Both the position numbers and the translations under genes were made by a program. This document shows positions 19,324 through 30,153 of a DNA stretch of 64,000 nucleotides, piece after piece (positions within the stretch are counted from its first letter, which is position 1; each line of letters starts with the position of its first letter). The DNA lies in contig CAWJSJ010000005.1 of the NCBI GenBank assembly GCA_963845565.1, positions 800,001-864,000 on the forward strand, read 5' to 3'. The DNA is from an uncultured Methylomirabilota bacterium (GTDB taxonomy: Bacteria; Methylomirabilota; Methylomirabilia; Methylomirabilales; 2-02-FULL-66-22). Under the pieces are notes generated by a model. The model did not search any database and was not told the origin of the DNA. It saw only the letters and a program-made list of their open reading frames with translations.

Positions 19324-22300
19324 ATGACACGCCTGAGCAGGACCCCTTCCCGAGTCGCAGCCGCGTCCAGACAGTCCCGATCCGATCTGTCGCTCCCGTA
19401 CGACGAGCCGACGGATCACTGGCTCTACGACAGAGACGGGTCCGCGGCGAGCCAACGGCCGGAAGCCGGCGGCCGGCGGGCTACTGGTACAAGACCGAGA
19501 CGACCGGCTCGGCGCAGACGGAGCTCGTTCGCCGAGGAAGAGCGCGACGACCTGCCGCTGGTGAACCTGCTGCGGGAGGACGTGAAGCGCTGGCGCGAGG
19601 CGGGCTACAGGGGCGCGTCGGCCGTGACGAAGGAGCTGCTCCGTCACTGGGCGCGGCGCCGACCGGGCGCGGCGGCTCTTCTTCTGCCAGCGCGAGGCGG
19701 TCGAGACGATCATCTACCTTGCCGAGCTGCGGATTCCCGGGAAGTCGTCCGGACGGGCTTCCAGAAATTCGACCTGGCGGACGACGACCTCGCCCGGCTG
19801 CTGCGCGGCGAGACGGCCGGGCTTCGCGATCGCTGACGCAGCCGACTTCTTCCCGACGCTCGATCAGACCGTCCGGCCGACACGGCGACCTGCTCGCCGC
19901 TGCGTCGGCTCGGCTGCAAGATGGCCACCGGGTCGCGGCAAGACGGTCGTCATGGCCATGCTGATCGCCTGGGCCTTCTGCAACCGCGGCCGGAACCCGG
20001 CTGACGCAGCGGTTCCCCACGCGGTGCTGGTCTGCTGCCCGAACCTGACCGTCAAGGAGCGGCTCCAGGTCCTGCGGCCCGAGAACGCCCGGACAACTAC
20101 TACGCCGCGTTCGACCTGGTCCCGATCGAAGCTACCGCCCGCTGCTGCAGGCCGGCAAGGTGCTGGTCGACGAACTGGCACCGGCTTCGCGCCGGAGTCG
20201 GAGCACAACGAGGGCGACAGGAGCTACGCGGTCGTGAACAAGGGCGCGGAGACGCCGGAGACGTTCGCCCGGCGGGTGCTCGGCGATCTCTACGACCGCG
20301 ATGCCGATCATGGTGCTGAACGACGAGGGCCACCACTGCTGGCGGCCCGCGCCCGTCGGCGGAGGAGCAGGAGCTCACGGCCGAGGAGCGGACGAGCGCT
20401 GGAGGACGAGGCGAGGAGGCGCACGGTCTGGCTCGACGGGCCTGGACCGGATCAACAACGCCGGCCGATGGCGAGCGATGCCGGGCATCTCATGTGCGTG
20501 GACCTGTCGGCCACGCCGTTCTACCTCAAGGGCAGCGGCTATCCCGAGGGCCGGCCATTCCCGTGGCTCGTCAGCGACTTCGGCCTGGTGGACGCCATCG
20601 AGAGCGGGATCGTCAAGATCCCGCGCCTGCCGGTGCTGCGACACCACCGGCCGGCCCGACCCGAAGTACTTCCGGCTCTGGGAGACGATCAGCGAGGGCC
20701 TCCAGCCGGGCGAGCGGCTGCCGGGCAAGGCCGGCAAGCCGAAGCCGGAGGCGGTCTACCGCGAGGCCGAGGGCGCCCTCCAGCAGATCGCCGGCCAGTG
20801 GATGGAGCGGTTCAAGCTAGATCCAGGCAGGCCACGCCGGGCCAGGAGCGCGTGCCGCCGGTTCTGATCATCGTCTGCGACAACACCGACATCGCCGAGG
20901 TCTTCTACCGGAAGATCAGCGGCGAGACCGAAGCGAGAAGTCGTCACCGAGGAGGATGTCGACGAGGCGATGGCGGAGGAGACGAGGAGAACGGCGAGCG
21001 ACGAGCCGGCCAAGGCCAGAAAGGCAAGAAGCCGAAGACGCAGACCGTCTACGGCCAGGGAGCGGTCTATCCCGAGCTACTTCTCGAACACGCCGACCGA
21101 GAAGCGGACGATCCGCATCGACACGAAGCTGCTCGCCGAGGCCGAGAGCGAGGACCCGAACAAGGAGCAGGCGAGACGCGGCCGAGGAACTGCGGCAGGT
21201 CGTGGCCACGGTCGGGCAAGCCGGGGCAGCCCGGCGAGCAGGTCCGCTGCGTCGTCTCGGTGGCGATGCTCACCGAGGGCTGGGACGCCAACAACGTGAC
21301 CCACATCCTCGGGCGTGCGGGCCTTCGGCAGCCAGCTGCTCTGCGAGCAGGTCGTCGGCCGCGGCCTGCGGCGGATGGACTACACGCCGGACCCGGAGAC
21401 CGGCCTGCTCACCGAGGAGTACGTCGACGTCTACGGCATCCCGTTCTCGGTGATCCCGTTCAAGGGGCGGCCAGTCAAGAACGTCGGAGCCGGAGGACAA
21501 GCCGAAGAACCACGTCGAGGCCGTGCCCGAGCGCGCAGGCATGGAGATGCGGTTCCCCGTGGTGGAGGGCTACGCCTTCGCGCTGCGGCGGAACCTGATC
21601 CGGTGCGACGTGGACGGGATGGAGCTCGCTGGACGCTGGAGCCGAACCGCGAGCCGACGGCCACGTTCGTCAAGCCGACGGTCGGGCTACCAAGAGGGCA
21701 CCCCGTCGCAGAGCGCGGCCAACGTTCGAGTTCGTCGAGCAGGACCGCGACGCGTACTACCGGCAGACGCACCTGCAGACGATCAAGTTCCAGATCGCCC
21801 GGCTGGTCGCTGGACGAGCTGACGCGGGCACAGGTGGGAAGGGTCCGAGCGAAGCGGCGGGTCCTGCGCTGCGATCTCGGCATCAGCTGTTCCCGCAGGT
21901 GCTACCGCTTCGTGGACCGAATACGTGGCTCGCAAGGTGGACTTCCAGGGCTGCCACCCGTGCGAGCTGGGGCTGGAGAAGTACGTGGCTCGGATGGTCG
22001 AGCGGTTGCGGGATGCCATCGTGCCGGATGACGCAGAGGGCGAGCCACCGCTCCTGCCGGTCGCTGAACCGGTACAAGCCGATCGGGACGACGGCGGAGG
22101 TGGACTTCAAGACGACGCGACCCTGCTACATGACCGGGCGCAGCCACGTCAACCAGGTGGTGGCCGACACGAAGACGTGGGAGCGGCAGCGCCGCCTTCC
22201 GGCTGGAGCAGAGTCGCGGCGGTGAGGTGGTACGCCCGGAACGATCACCTCGGGTTGGCTATCCCGTACGAGTACCTGGGGGTGGACCACAGCCTACGAG

Positions 22301-22515
22301 CCCGACTTCCTGGTGCGGCTGACGAGCGACGTCGACGGTGGTTCTGGAGGTTAAAGGGTTCGAGGACGACCAGACCAAGGCGAAGCACGACGCGGCGCAA
22401 GCGGTGGGTCATGGCGGTGAACAACTGGGGGCAGTTGGGGCAGTGGATGTTCCACGTCTGCAGGAATCCGCAGCTGCTCGACAAGGAGCTGGCCTTCCTG
22501 GACCGAACGGTCTAG
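19324..22515 (+). CDS. res: Type III restriction endonuclease/SF2 helicase (Res), heavily frameshifted in this sequence
   Basis: RLFFCQREAVETIIY, KMATG.GKT, CPNLTVKERL, VLNDEGHHC, DLSATPF, SDFGLVDAIESGIVKIP, VSVAMLTEGWDA, SQLLCEQVVGRGLRR, PDF...LEVKG nuclease. Confidence 0.88.
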
Positions 22516-22887
22516 TTTCCGCCTCTAACCCTTCAGACGCCTGTTCGTCGCTATCGTGCAGGCCAGCCATCTTCGAGTTTTTCTTGACCAGAAAGTACCG
22601 TTACTGCAATGTTCATTTCCTAAAGAAGAAGGAACATTGCAATGACCCGTAACAAAACCAAACCTCAGAGCGGTAGCGGCTGCGGCAGCGATTGGGTGAG
22701 CCTGCGGCATTCCTGGCAGCGGGAATCCGTCAGGAGTGCGCGATGAGGTCGACACGCCGGGCGAGGTCTCGCTGGGGGAACGCCGCCCTTTTCGCTTGAT
22801 CTTTCAGGCGCTCCGGCGTAGATTTCGCGCGGTTGGACGTGCCGCCGGGCCGCCGTCGGGTGGAGCGGCGGTTTTGCGTTTCGGGCT

Positions 22888-23883
22888 GTGAGGGACACTG
22901 TGCAGGCGGCCATCGAGGCGTACCTGGGACACCTCAAAGGGGAGCGGGATGCGTCCGTCCACACCCTGCGGAACTACCGGGTGGACCTCACGCAGTTCCT
23001 GACGTATCTCCGCGAGCGGGCGGCCGATCATGACGCCCCCAGTCCCGCCGCGATCGATCAACTCGCCATCCGCGGCTTCGTGGCCCGGTTGCACGGGGAG
23101 AAGCTGGCCCGCACCAGCGTGGCGCGGAAGCTGGCGGCGCTGCGCTCCTTCTTTCGGTATCTCTGCCGTCAGGGCGTTCTGGCGGCGAACCCGGCGGCGC
23201 TGATCCGCGCGCCGCGCCTGCCGGTCCGGACAACGCCCCATCTCTCCGTGGATGAGGCGTTCCAGTTGCTGGCCGCCCCCTCCGCGCGGCAGACCACGGC
23301 GGCGCGGCGGCCCCGCAAGGACACCGAGGCGCTGGTTCGACGGGACCGCGCGATCCTGGAGCTCTTCTACGCCTCGGGCGTGCGGATCGGGGAACTCACG
23401 GGGCTGGTCCAGGACCACGTGGATCTGCACCAGGGGCTGGTGCGGGTTCTGGGCAAGGGGCGAAAAGAGCGAATCGTCCCGGTGGGACGGGCCGCGCTGG
23501 AGGCCCTGCAGGGGTATCTTGAGGTTCGCGAAGGCCTGCAACCGCGCGGCGGCGCCGGTGAGGCGGCGGCGCTGTTCCTGAATGCGCGCGGCGGGCGGCT
23601 TGGCGCCCGGGGCGTCTCCCGGATCGTGCTTCGGCATTTGGTGGCCAGCGGACTGGGGAAGAAGATCACGCCGCACGGCTTGCGGCACAGCTTCGCGACT
23701 CACCTGCTGAGTGCCGGCGCCGACCTGCGGGTCATCCAGGAGCTTCTGGGGCACGCCCGGCTCAGCACGACGCAGCGCTACACCCACGTGGGGTTGGATA
23801 AGGTGATGGAGGTCTACGATCGGGCGCATCCGCGGGCACGCGCCCGTGGCCGCAGGGGCCCGGAAGGGGCGGCGTCACGATGA
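22888..23883 (+). CDS. xerC: Tyrosine recombinase XerC
   Basis: [49 protein letters not shown]; next to hslVU. Confidence 0.92.
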   Translation: MRDTVQAAIEAYLGHLKGERDASVHTLRNYRVDLTQFLTYLRERAADHDAPSPAAIDQLAIRGFVARLHGEKLARTSVARKLAALRSFFRYLCRQGVLAANPAALIRAPRLPVRTTPHLSVDEAFQLLAAPSARQTTAARRPRKDTEALVRRDRAILELFYASGVRIGELTGLVQDHVDLHQGLVRVLGKGRKERIVPVGRAALEALQGYLEVREGLQPRGGAGEAAALFLNARGGRLGARGVSRIVLRHLVASGLGKKITPHGLRHSFATHLLSAGADLRVIQELLGHARLSTTQRYTHVGLDKVMEVYDRAHPRARARGRRGPEGAASR

Positions 23884-24437
23884 GCGATGGACAGGCGCGC
23901 GGGGCGCTCCGGGTCCGCAGCACGACCATCCTCTGTGTGCGGCATCAGGGCCGGGTCGCCCTCGCCGGCGACGGGCAGGTCTCGTTCGGCGAGATGGTGA
24001 TGAAGCACACCGCCCGGAAGGTCCGGCGGATGTACCAAGACACGATTCTCGCCGGCTTCGCCGGCGCGGCCGCGGACGCCTTCGCCCTGTTCACCAAGTT
24101 CGAGGGGAAGCTGGAGGAGTTCCGGGGGAATCTGCCGCGGGCCGCGGTGGAGCTGGCCAAGGACTGGCGGACGGACCGCGCCCTGCGCCGCCTGGAGGCG
24201 CTTCTGGCGGTGGCCAACGCGGAGCATTCCCTGATCATCTCCGGCACCGGGGACGTGATCGAGCCGGACGACGGGGTCATCGGGATCGGGTCCGGGGGCG
24301 GCTATGCGGCTGCCGCGGCCCGCGCTCTGGTGAAGCATTCGACGCTCTCGGCGCGGGAGATCGTCGACGAGGCCATGCGGATTGCCGCGGGGTTGTGCGT
24401 GTACACCAACGACCGGATCACCATCGAAGAGCTTTAG
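23880..24437 (+). CDS. hslV: ATP-dependent protease subunit HslV
   Basis: [40 protein letters not shown]. Confidence 0.98.
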   Translation: MSDGQARGALRVRSTTILCVRHQGRVALAGDGQVSFGEMVMKHTARKVRRMYQDTILAGFAGAAADAFALFTKFEGKLEEFRGNLPRAAVELAKDWRTDRALRRLEALLAVANAEHSLIISGTGDVIEPDDGVIGIGSGGGYAAAAARALVKHSTLSAREIVDEAMRIAAGLCVYTNDRITIEEL

Positions 24438-24562
24438 CGGGCCGCTCAAGAAGGCCCATCTGCTGCGTTGGTTCGCCTTGGCTCTCGCTGCGACGTACCT
24501 CCAGTACGTCTCGCTCGGCCATCGGCAAACCGCCTTGCACCTGGACCTTTTTGAGCCGCCAA
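24438..24562 (+). repeat. Family A palindromic repeat, copy 2
   Basis: GGCCCATCTGCTGCGTTGG...CCGCCTTGCACCTGGACCTTTTTGAG core shared with copy 1; between hslV and hslU. Confidence 0.85.
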
Positions 24563-24576
24563 TCAGGCTGCGAATT

Positions 24577-25911
24577 ATGGATCAGATGACCCCGCGCCAG
24601 ATCGTGGCGGAGTTGGACAAATACATCATCGGACAGCACGACGCCAAGCGGGCGGTGGCCATCGCGCTGCGGAACCGCTGGCGCCGGCAGCGGCTGCCCG
24701 CCGGCCTTCGCGACGAGGTGGCGCCGAAGAACATCATCATGATCGGGCCGACCGGGGTCGGCAAGACCGAGATTGCCCGGCGGCTGGCCCGGCTGGCCGA
24801 GGCGCCGTTCATCAAGGTGGAGGCCTCCAAGTACACCGAGGTCGGGTACGTGGGCCGCGATGTCGAGTCGATGATCCGCGACTTGGTGGAGCTCGCCATC
24901 AATATGGTGCGCGGCGAGAAGACGCGTGCGGTGGAGCAGCGGGCGCGGGAGCTCGCGGAGGAGCGCCTGTTGGACTTGCTCCTGCCGCCGACGCGGCCCG
25001 CCTTCGGCGCGGCCCCGGAGGCCGGGGCCGTCCACGACACGCGGGAGAAGTTGCGGGCGCGGCTGCGCGACGGGGCGCTGGACGACCGGACGGTCGAGAT
25101 CGAGGTGGCCCAGCGCGGGCTGCCCATGATCGACCTGATGGGCGGCCACGGCATGGAGGAGATGCAGGACAACCTCAAGGAGATGTTGGGTAACCTCCTG
25201 CCCCAGCGGACCCGGCGCCGCAAGGTCAAGCTCCACGAGGCGCGGCGTATCGTGACGCAGGAAGAAGCGGACAAGCTGGTGGACAAGGAAGAGGTGACCG
25301 GCGAGGCGATCGCCCGGGTGGAGAACTCGGGGATCGTCTTCCTGGACGAGATCGACAAGATCGCCGGTCGGGAAGGGGTGCACGGCCCGGATGTCTCCCG
25401 GGAGGGGGTGCAGCGGGACCTGCTGCCCATCGTGGAGGGGTGCACGGTCAGCACCAAGTACGGGCTGGTGCGCACGGACCACATCCTGTTCATCGCCGCG
25501 GGCGCCTTCCACGTGTCGAAGCCGTCCGACCTGATCCCGGAGCTGCAAGGCCGGTTTCCCCTTCGGGTCGAGCTGGCGAGTCTGACCGAGCAAGACTTCG
25601 TGCGGATCCTGACGGAGCCGGAGAACGCCCTCACCAAGCAGTACACGGCGCTCCTGGCGACGGAGGGCGTGGATCTGGCGTTCACGCCGGACGCCGTGGA
25701 GGAGATCGCCAAGATTGCCACCACGGTGAATCAGGCCACCGAGAACATCGGGGCCCGCCGCCTCTATACCATCATGGAGCGGCTGCTCGACGAGGTGTCG
25801 TTCGAGGCCCCGCACATGGCGGGGGTGCGCGTCGAGATCACCGGGCCGCAGGTCCGCCAGCAATTGGCGAGCATCATCACGAATCAGGACCTGAGCCGGT
25901 ACATCCTGTAG
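24577..25911 (+). CDS. hslU: ATP-dependent protease ATPase subunit HslU
   Basis: [56 protein letters not shown]. Confidence 0.98.
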   Translation: MDQMTPRQIVAELDKYIIGQHDAKRAVAIALRNRWRRQRLPAGLRDEVAPKNIIMIGPTGVGKTEIARRLARLAEAPFIKVEASKYTEVGYVGRDVESMIRDLVELAINMVRGEKTRAVEQRARELAEERLLDLLLPPTRPAFGAAPEAGAVHDTREKLRARLRDGALDDRTVEIEVAQRGLPMIDLMGGHGMEEMQDNLKEMLGNLLPQRTRRRKVKLHEARRIVTQEEADKLVDKEEVTGEAIARVENSGIVFLDEIDKIAGREGVHGPDVSREGVQRDLLPIVEGCTVSTKYGLVRTDHILFIAAGAFHVSKPSDLIPELQGRFPLRVELASLTEQDFVRILTEPENALTKQYTALLATEGVDLAFTPDAVEEIAKIATTVNQATENIGARRLYTIMERLLDEVSFEAPHMAGVRVEITGPQVRQQLASIITNQDLSRYIL

Positions 25912-25988
25912 GCCGGGGCCGCCCGCGCCGTCAGATCGGGCTGACGGGGCGCGGGGTCCTCACCCTCCTTCCGGGGACGTGGTGCGCC

Positions 25989-27020
25989 ATGGATACCGTC
26001 CTGGTAGTCGACGACGATCAACTGTTTCTGGCGCTGGTGCGGGAAGAGCTGCAGAAGTCCGGCTTCGAGGTCGTGGTGGCCGAGACCGCACCCCAAGCGA
26101 AGGAGGCCCTCGCGGCGCGACCCGTCCAGGCGATCATCATGGACGTCGTGATGCCGGACACGGACGGGCTGGAGCTCCTGCCCCAATTCCGGACGGCCTA
26201 CCCCGGCATCCCCGTGATCGTGGTCAGCGGGCGGGCGTCGTTTCTCACGGGCGTGCAGGCCATGCGCCAAGGCGCGATGGATTTCCTCCGCAAGCCGCTG
26301 AACTTCGAGGAGCTGGTCCAATCCGTCACGTCCGCCATCCGCCACAGCCGGGAGGGCGGGGCGCAACCATCGCGACTCGCCCAGCTCGCCAGGCTCCAGG
26401 GGAGCGCGCTGGAATTGGCGAACATGATCCGATGGGATACGCTCGGCGAGTTCTTGAAGGATAGCGCCGCCCTCTTCCAGCGGGTGATCGACTTGGTGGT
26501 CTCCGTCTTGGACGTGGAGATCGTCTCCCTCATGCTGGTCAGAGAGCCGGAGGGGATGCTGCGGATCGTCCACGCCAAGGGTCTGGATCCCGAGGTCCAG
26601 CAGCAGGCCGCCTGTCCCGTCGGCGAGGGGATTGCGGGGTGGGTCGCCCAGACGGGGGAGCCGCTCCTGATTCGCGATCTGGCGCAGGATCCCACCTTCG
26701 GCAAGCGGGAACGGAACCCGCGGTACCATACCAACTCGCTCATGGTCGTGCCGCTGAAGGTGAACGGCCGGACCGTCGGGGTCATGAACGCCAACAACAA
26801 GATCACCGGCGAACCCTTCGACGAGCATGACTTGGCGCTCTTTACGACGTTTTCCTGCATCGTGTCCCTGAGCCTGGCCACGGCCCAGCTCTTCGAGCAG
26901 CTGACCGCCTCGGTGGACGAACTGGCCGTCACCAACGCCCGCCTGGCGCGCACCAACGTCGAGTTGGAGGCGCGCGTGCGCGAACTGCAGACGCTCAGGG
27001 GCAAGGGGCCGCAGGGCTGA
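25989..27020 (+). CDS. Response regulator receiver + GAF domain protein with no enzymatic output domain
   Basis: VLVVDDD...IIMDVVMP.TDGLELL...DFLRKP receiver; GEGIAGWVAQTGEPLLI, SLMVVPL, GVMNANNK..GEPFDEHD GAF; short coiled-coil tail. Confidence 0.88.
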   Translation: MDTVLVVDDDQLFLALVREELQKSGFEVVVAETAPQAKEALAARPVQAIIMDVVMPDTDGLELLPQFRTAYPGIPVIVVSGRASFLTGVQAMRQGAMDFLRKPLNFEELVQSVTSAIRHSREGGAQPSRLAQLARLQGSALELANMIRWDTLGEFLKDSAALFQRVIDLVVSVLDVEIVSLMLVREPEGMLRIVHAKGLDPEVQQQAACPVGEGIAGWVAQTGEPLLIRDLAQDPTFGKRERNPRYHTNSLMVVPLKVNGRTVGVMNANNKITGEPFDEHDLALFTTFSCIVSLSLATAQLFEQLTASVDELAVTNARLARTNVELEARVRELQTLRGKGPQG

Positions 27021-27042
27021 CCCGGAGCGGAGCGGAGACCCT

Positions 27043-27912
27043 ATGTCAACCCCATCGACGCAAGCCGAGATCATCATCGGGGCGCTGCCCTACATCCAGG
27101 CCTTCCGCGGGACGACCGTGGTGGTGAAATACGGCGGAAACGCCATGGTGGATCCGAACCTCACCGTGGCGGTGATCCAGGATGTCATCCTGATGGGGCT
27201 CGTGGGAATGCAGCCGGTCGTGGTGCACGGCGGCGGACCGCAGATCGACGAGGCCATGAAGACCTCGGGTCTCACCCCGTCGTTCATCCAGGGGCTGCGG
27301 GTCACCGACGCGGAGACCATGCGGATCGTGGAGCGGGTCCTGGTCGGCGAGATCAACCAGGGGATCGTGGCCCTGATCGGCCGGCTGGGCGGGGCGGCCA
27401 TCGGCCTCTCCGGGAAGGACGGTGGCCTGATCCGGGCCCGAAAAGCGCCCCCGAAGAAGGGGGCGGACGGTCAACTGCTGGATCTGGGCCTGGTCGGAGA
27501 GGTGACAGGTGTGGACCCGCGCCCGATCCGGACCTTGCAAGCGGCGGGTTACATCCCGGTGGTGGCGCCCACCGCCGGGGACGCGTCCGGGGCGACCTAC
27601 AACATCAACGCCGACCTGGTGGCGGGCGAGGTGGCCGCGGCGCTCACCGCGGAGAAACTGGTGCTCCTGACCGACACCGACGGCATCCTGGATCGGCGCG
27701 GGGCGCTGCTCTCCACGCTCACGCTTCAGGAGGTCGAGCAGTTGAAGACGGACGGGACGATCACCAAGGGCATGCTCCCCAAGGTCGGGGCGTGCCTGAC
27801 GGCGCTTCGCGCCGGCGTGCGCAAGACCCACATCATCAACGGGACGCGACCGCACGCCCTCATCGAGGAGCTCTTGACCCCCCAGGGGGTTGGAACGGAG
27901 ATTGTGGCCTGA
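27043..27912 (+). CDS. argB: Acetylglutamate kinase
   Basis: VVKYGGNAM, VVHGGGPQI, GLRVTD, GLSGKDG, YNINAD, GMLPK. Confidence 0.96.
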   Translation: MSTPSTQAEIIIGALPYIQAFRGTTVVVKYGGNAMVDPNLTVAVIQDVILMGLVGMQPVVVHGGGPQIDEAMKTSGLTPSFIQGLRVTDAETMRIVERVLVGEINQGIVALIGRLGGAAIGLSGKDGGLIRARKAPPKKGADGQLLDLGLVGEVTGVDPRPIRTLQAAGYIPVVAPTAGDASGATYNINADLVAGEVAAALTAEKLVLLTDTDGILDRRGALLSTLTLQEVEQLKTDGTITKGMLPKVGACLTALRAGVRKTHIINGTRPHALIEELLTPQGVGTEIVA

Positions 27913-27932
27913 CGGCCAAGGGGGTTGTCATC

Positions 27933-29138
27933 ATGACCACACAGGAACTGATCGCCGCGTCGGGGAAGTATCTGGCCAATACCTACGCCCGGTTTCCCAT
28001 CGTCCTGGTGCGCGGCCGGGGCGTGCACCTGTGGGATTCGGACGGCAAGGAGTATCTGGATTTCGTGGGCGGGATCGCGGTGGACGCGCTGGGGCACTGC
28101 CACCCCAGGATGGTCGAGGCGATCCGCGCCCAGGCGGAGACGTTGATCCACGTGAGCAACCTGTACCACATCGAGCCCCAGATCCATCTGGGGAAGCTCC
28201 TCTGCGAGCAGTCATTCGCCGACCGGGCCTTCTTCTGCAACAGCGGCGCGGAAGCGAACGAGGCGGCCATCAAGCTGGCCCGGAAGTACGCCAAGGACCA
28301 CTGGAGCTCCGACCGGGTCGAGATCATCGCCATGCACCACGCCTTCCACGGCCGGACGCTGGCCACGGTGACGGCGACAGGGAATCCCAAGTACCTGCAC
28401 GGCTTCGAGCCGCTCATGCCGGGTTTCAAGCACGTGCCGTACAACAATCTCCAGGCCGTGGAGCGGGCCATCGACTCGCGGACGTGTGCCGTGCTGGTGG
28501 AGCCCGTGCAGGGCGAGGGGGGCGTGAACGTTCCAGGGGACGCCTACCTGCCGGGGCTGCGCCGCTTGTGCGACGAGGCGGGCATCCTGCTGATCCTGGA
28601 CGAGGTGCAGTCGGGGATGGGGCGGACCGGGCGGCTGTTCGCCTACCAGCACTGGGGTGTGGAGCCGGACATCCTGACGCTGGCCAAGGCGTTGGCCGGC
28701 GGCGTTCCCATGGGGGCCATGTTGGCCCGGGAGGCCGTCGCGGCCAGCTTCGTCCCCGGCACGCACGCCTCCACGTTCGGCGGGACGCCTTTCGTGTCGG
28801 CCATCGCGCTGGCGGTGGTGCGGACCATGCTGGACGACGACCTGCCGGGCAACGCCGCCCGTGTAGGGAAGTATTTCCTCGACCGACTGGAGGCGCTGAA
28901 GGGCGGCCACCCCGCGGTCACCGCGGTGCGGGGGAAAGGTTTGATCCTCGGCCTGGAGGTGTCGGTCCCGGCGCGCAACATCGTTGCCGCCTGCATGGAA
29001 CGGGGACTCCTGGTCCTGACCGCCGGGGATAACGTGGTGCGGTTCGTTCCGCCCCTGATCGTGAGCGAGGTTGAGGTGGATCGCGCCGTGACGATCGTGG
29101 AGGCGGCGCTGACCGCCGTGGGAGGCCCTGCCACATGA
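27933..29138 (+). CDS. argD: Acetylornithine aminotransferase
   Basis: FFCNSGAEANEAAIKLARK, FHGRT, EPVQGEGG, DEVQSGMGRTG, TLAKAL, HASTFGG; arg operon context. Confidence 0.95.
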   Translation: MTTQELIAASGKYLANTYARFPIVLVRGRGVHLWDSDGKEYLDFVGGIAVDALGHCHPRMVEAIRAQAETLIHVSNLYHIEPQIHLGKLLCEQSFADRAFFCNSGAEANEAAIKLARKYAKDHWSSDRVEIIAMHHAFHGRTLATVTATGNPKYLHGFEPLMPGFKHVPYNNLQAVERAIDSRTCAVLVEPVQGEGGVNVPGDAYLPGLRRLCDEAGILLILDEVQSGMGRTGRLFAYQHWGVEPDILTLAKALAGGVPMGAMLAREAVAASFVPGTHASTFGGTPFVSAIALAVVRTMLDDDLPGNAARVGKYFLDRLEALKGGHPAVTAVRGKGLILGLEVSVPARNIVAACMERGLLVLTAGDNVVRFVPPLIVSEVEVDRAVTIVEAALTAVGGPAT

Positions 29139-30064
29139 ATCGGCACTTGCTGACACTGGACGATTTGACCGCGCAGGACGTGGCTGCACTTTTCAACCTG
29201 GCGGCGGAGATCAAGGCCAAGCGGCGGCAGGGGATCCTGCATCCGATCCTCAGCGGAAAGACGCTGGCCATGATCTTCGAGAAGCCGTCGCTCCGCACGC
29301 GGGTGACCTTCGAGGCCGGCATGACCCAGCTCGGCGGGCACGCCATCTACCTCACGCCCACGGATATCCTGCTGGGGCAGCGGGAGACGGTCCAGGATGC
29401 CGCCCGCAACCTGGAGCGCTGGGTGGACGGCATCGTGGCCCGCACCTTCAGCCATCAGACGGTCGAGCGACTGGCCAGTTACTCGCGGATTCCCGTGATC
29501 AACGGCTTGACGGACACCCACCATCCCGTGCAGATCCTCTGCGACCTCTTCACGTTGTGGGAGAAGCGCGGGCGGGTGCAGGGGCTCCGCGTGGTCTTCG
29601 TCGGCGACGGAAACAACGTGTGCGCGTCCTGGTTACAGGGCGCGGCCAAGATGGGGATGCATTTCACCCTGGCGTGCCCCAAGGGGTACGGGCCCGATCC
29701 CGGCCTCCTCGCGCGTGCGGAGGCGCAGGCGAAGGTGAGCGGGGCGACGCTGGCCGTGGTGCATGACCCCGCGGCGGCGGCACGCGGGGCCGACGTGCTC
29801 TATACCGACGTGTGGACCAGCATGGGGCAGGAAGAGGAACGCGCGCGACGCCTCAAGGATTTCCAGGGCTTCCAGGTGGACGACGCGTTGCTGCGGCTGG
29901 CCGCCCCGGACGCCCTGGTGATGCACTGTCTGCCGGCCCACCGTGGTGAGGAGATCACCGACGAGGTGATCGAGGGACCGCACAGCATCGTGTTCGACGA
30001 AGCGGAAAACCGGCTGCACCTGCAAAAAGCGATCTTGGTCACCCTGCTGGGTGGGGGCAAGTAA
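29135..30064 (+). CDS. argF: Ornithine carbamoyltransferase
   Basis: FEKPSLRTR, HP.Q, GDGNNV, YTDVWTSMGQE, MHCLPAHRG, AENRLH. Confidence 0.97.
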   Translation: MNRHLLTLDDLTAQDVAALFNLAAEIKAKRRQGILHPILSGKTLAMIFEKPSLRTRVTFEAGMTQLGGHAIYLTPTDILLGQRETVQDAARNLERWVDGIVARTFSHQTVERLASYSRIPVINGLTDTHHPVQILCDLFTLWEKRGRVQGLRVVFVGDGNNVCASWLQGAAKMGMHFTLACPKGYGPDPGLLARAEAQAKVSGATLAVVHDPAAAARGADVLYTDVWTSMGQEEERARRLKDFQGFQVDDALLRLAAPDALVMHCLPAHRGEEITDEVIEGPHSIVFDEAENRLHLQKAILVTLLGGGK

Positions 30065-30066
30065 AG

Positions 30067-30136
30067 GGTTCGACAGTTCGACAGTTCGGCGGTTCGGTGG
30101 AACGGTCGAACCGTCGAACTATCGAACAGCCGAACC
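30067..30136. repeat. Octamer tandem repeats followed by their inverse (fold-back hairpin)
   Basis: (RGTTCGRC)x4 then (YCGAACNN)x4 between argF and the SDR gene. Confidence 0.7.
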
Positions 30137-30153
30137 TCTTTTCAGGAGGGCAC

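Larger units (their letters stand above)
14931..22880. mobile_element. Accessory defence island inserted between trmFO and xerC
   Basis: Interrupts the usual topA-trmFO-xerC-hslVU synteny and carries TA and R-M genes; no integrase or att repeats found, so boundaries are approximate. Confidence 0.55.

Noticed and set aside
22888..23883. Tyrosine recombinase as the island's integrase or an integron integrase
   Set aside because: Typical XerC in its usual hslVU context, no IntI-specific insertion, and no convincing attC or att repeats
24382..24576. N-terminal extensions of HslU and DapB (50616-50831) in the ORF track
   Set aside because: They are read-through of family A repeats; the real starts are 24577 and 50832
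30067..30136. Possible CRISPR array
   Set aside because: 8-bp units without unique spacers; no cas genes
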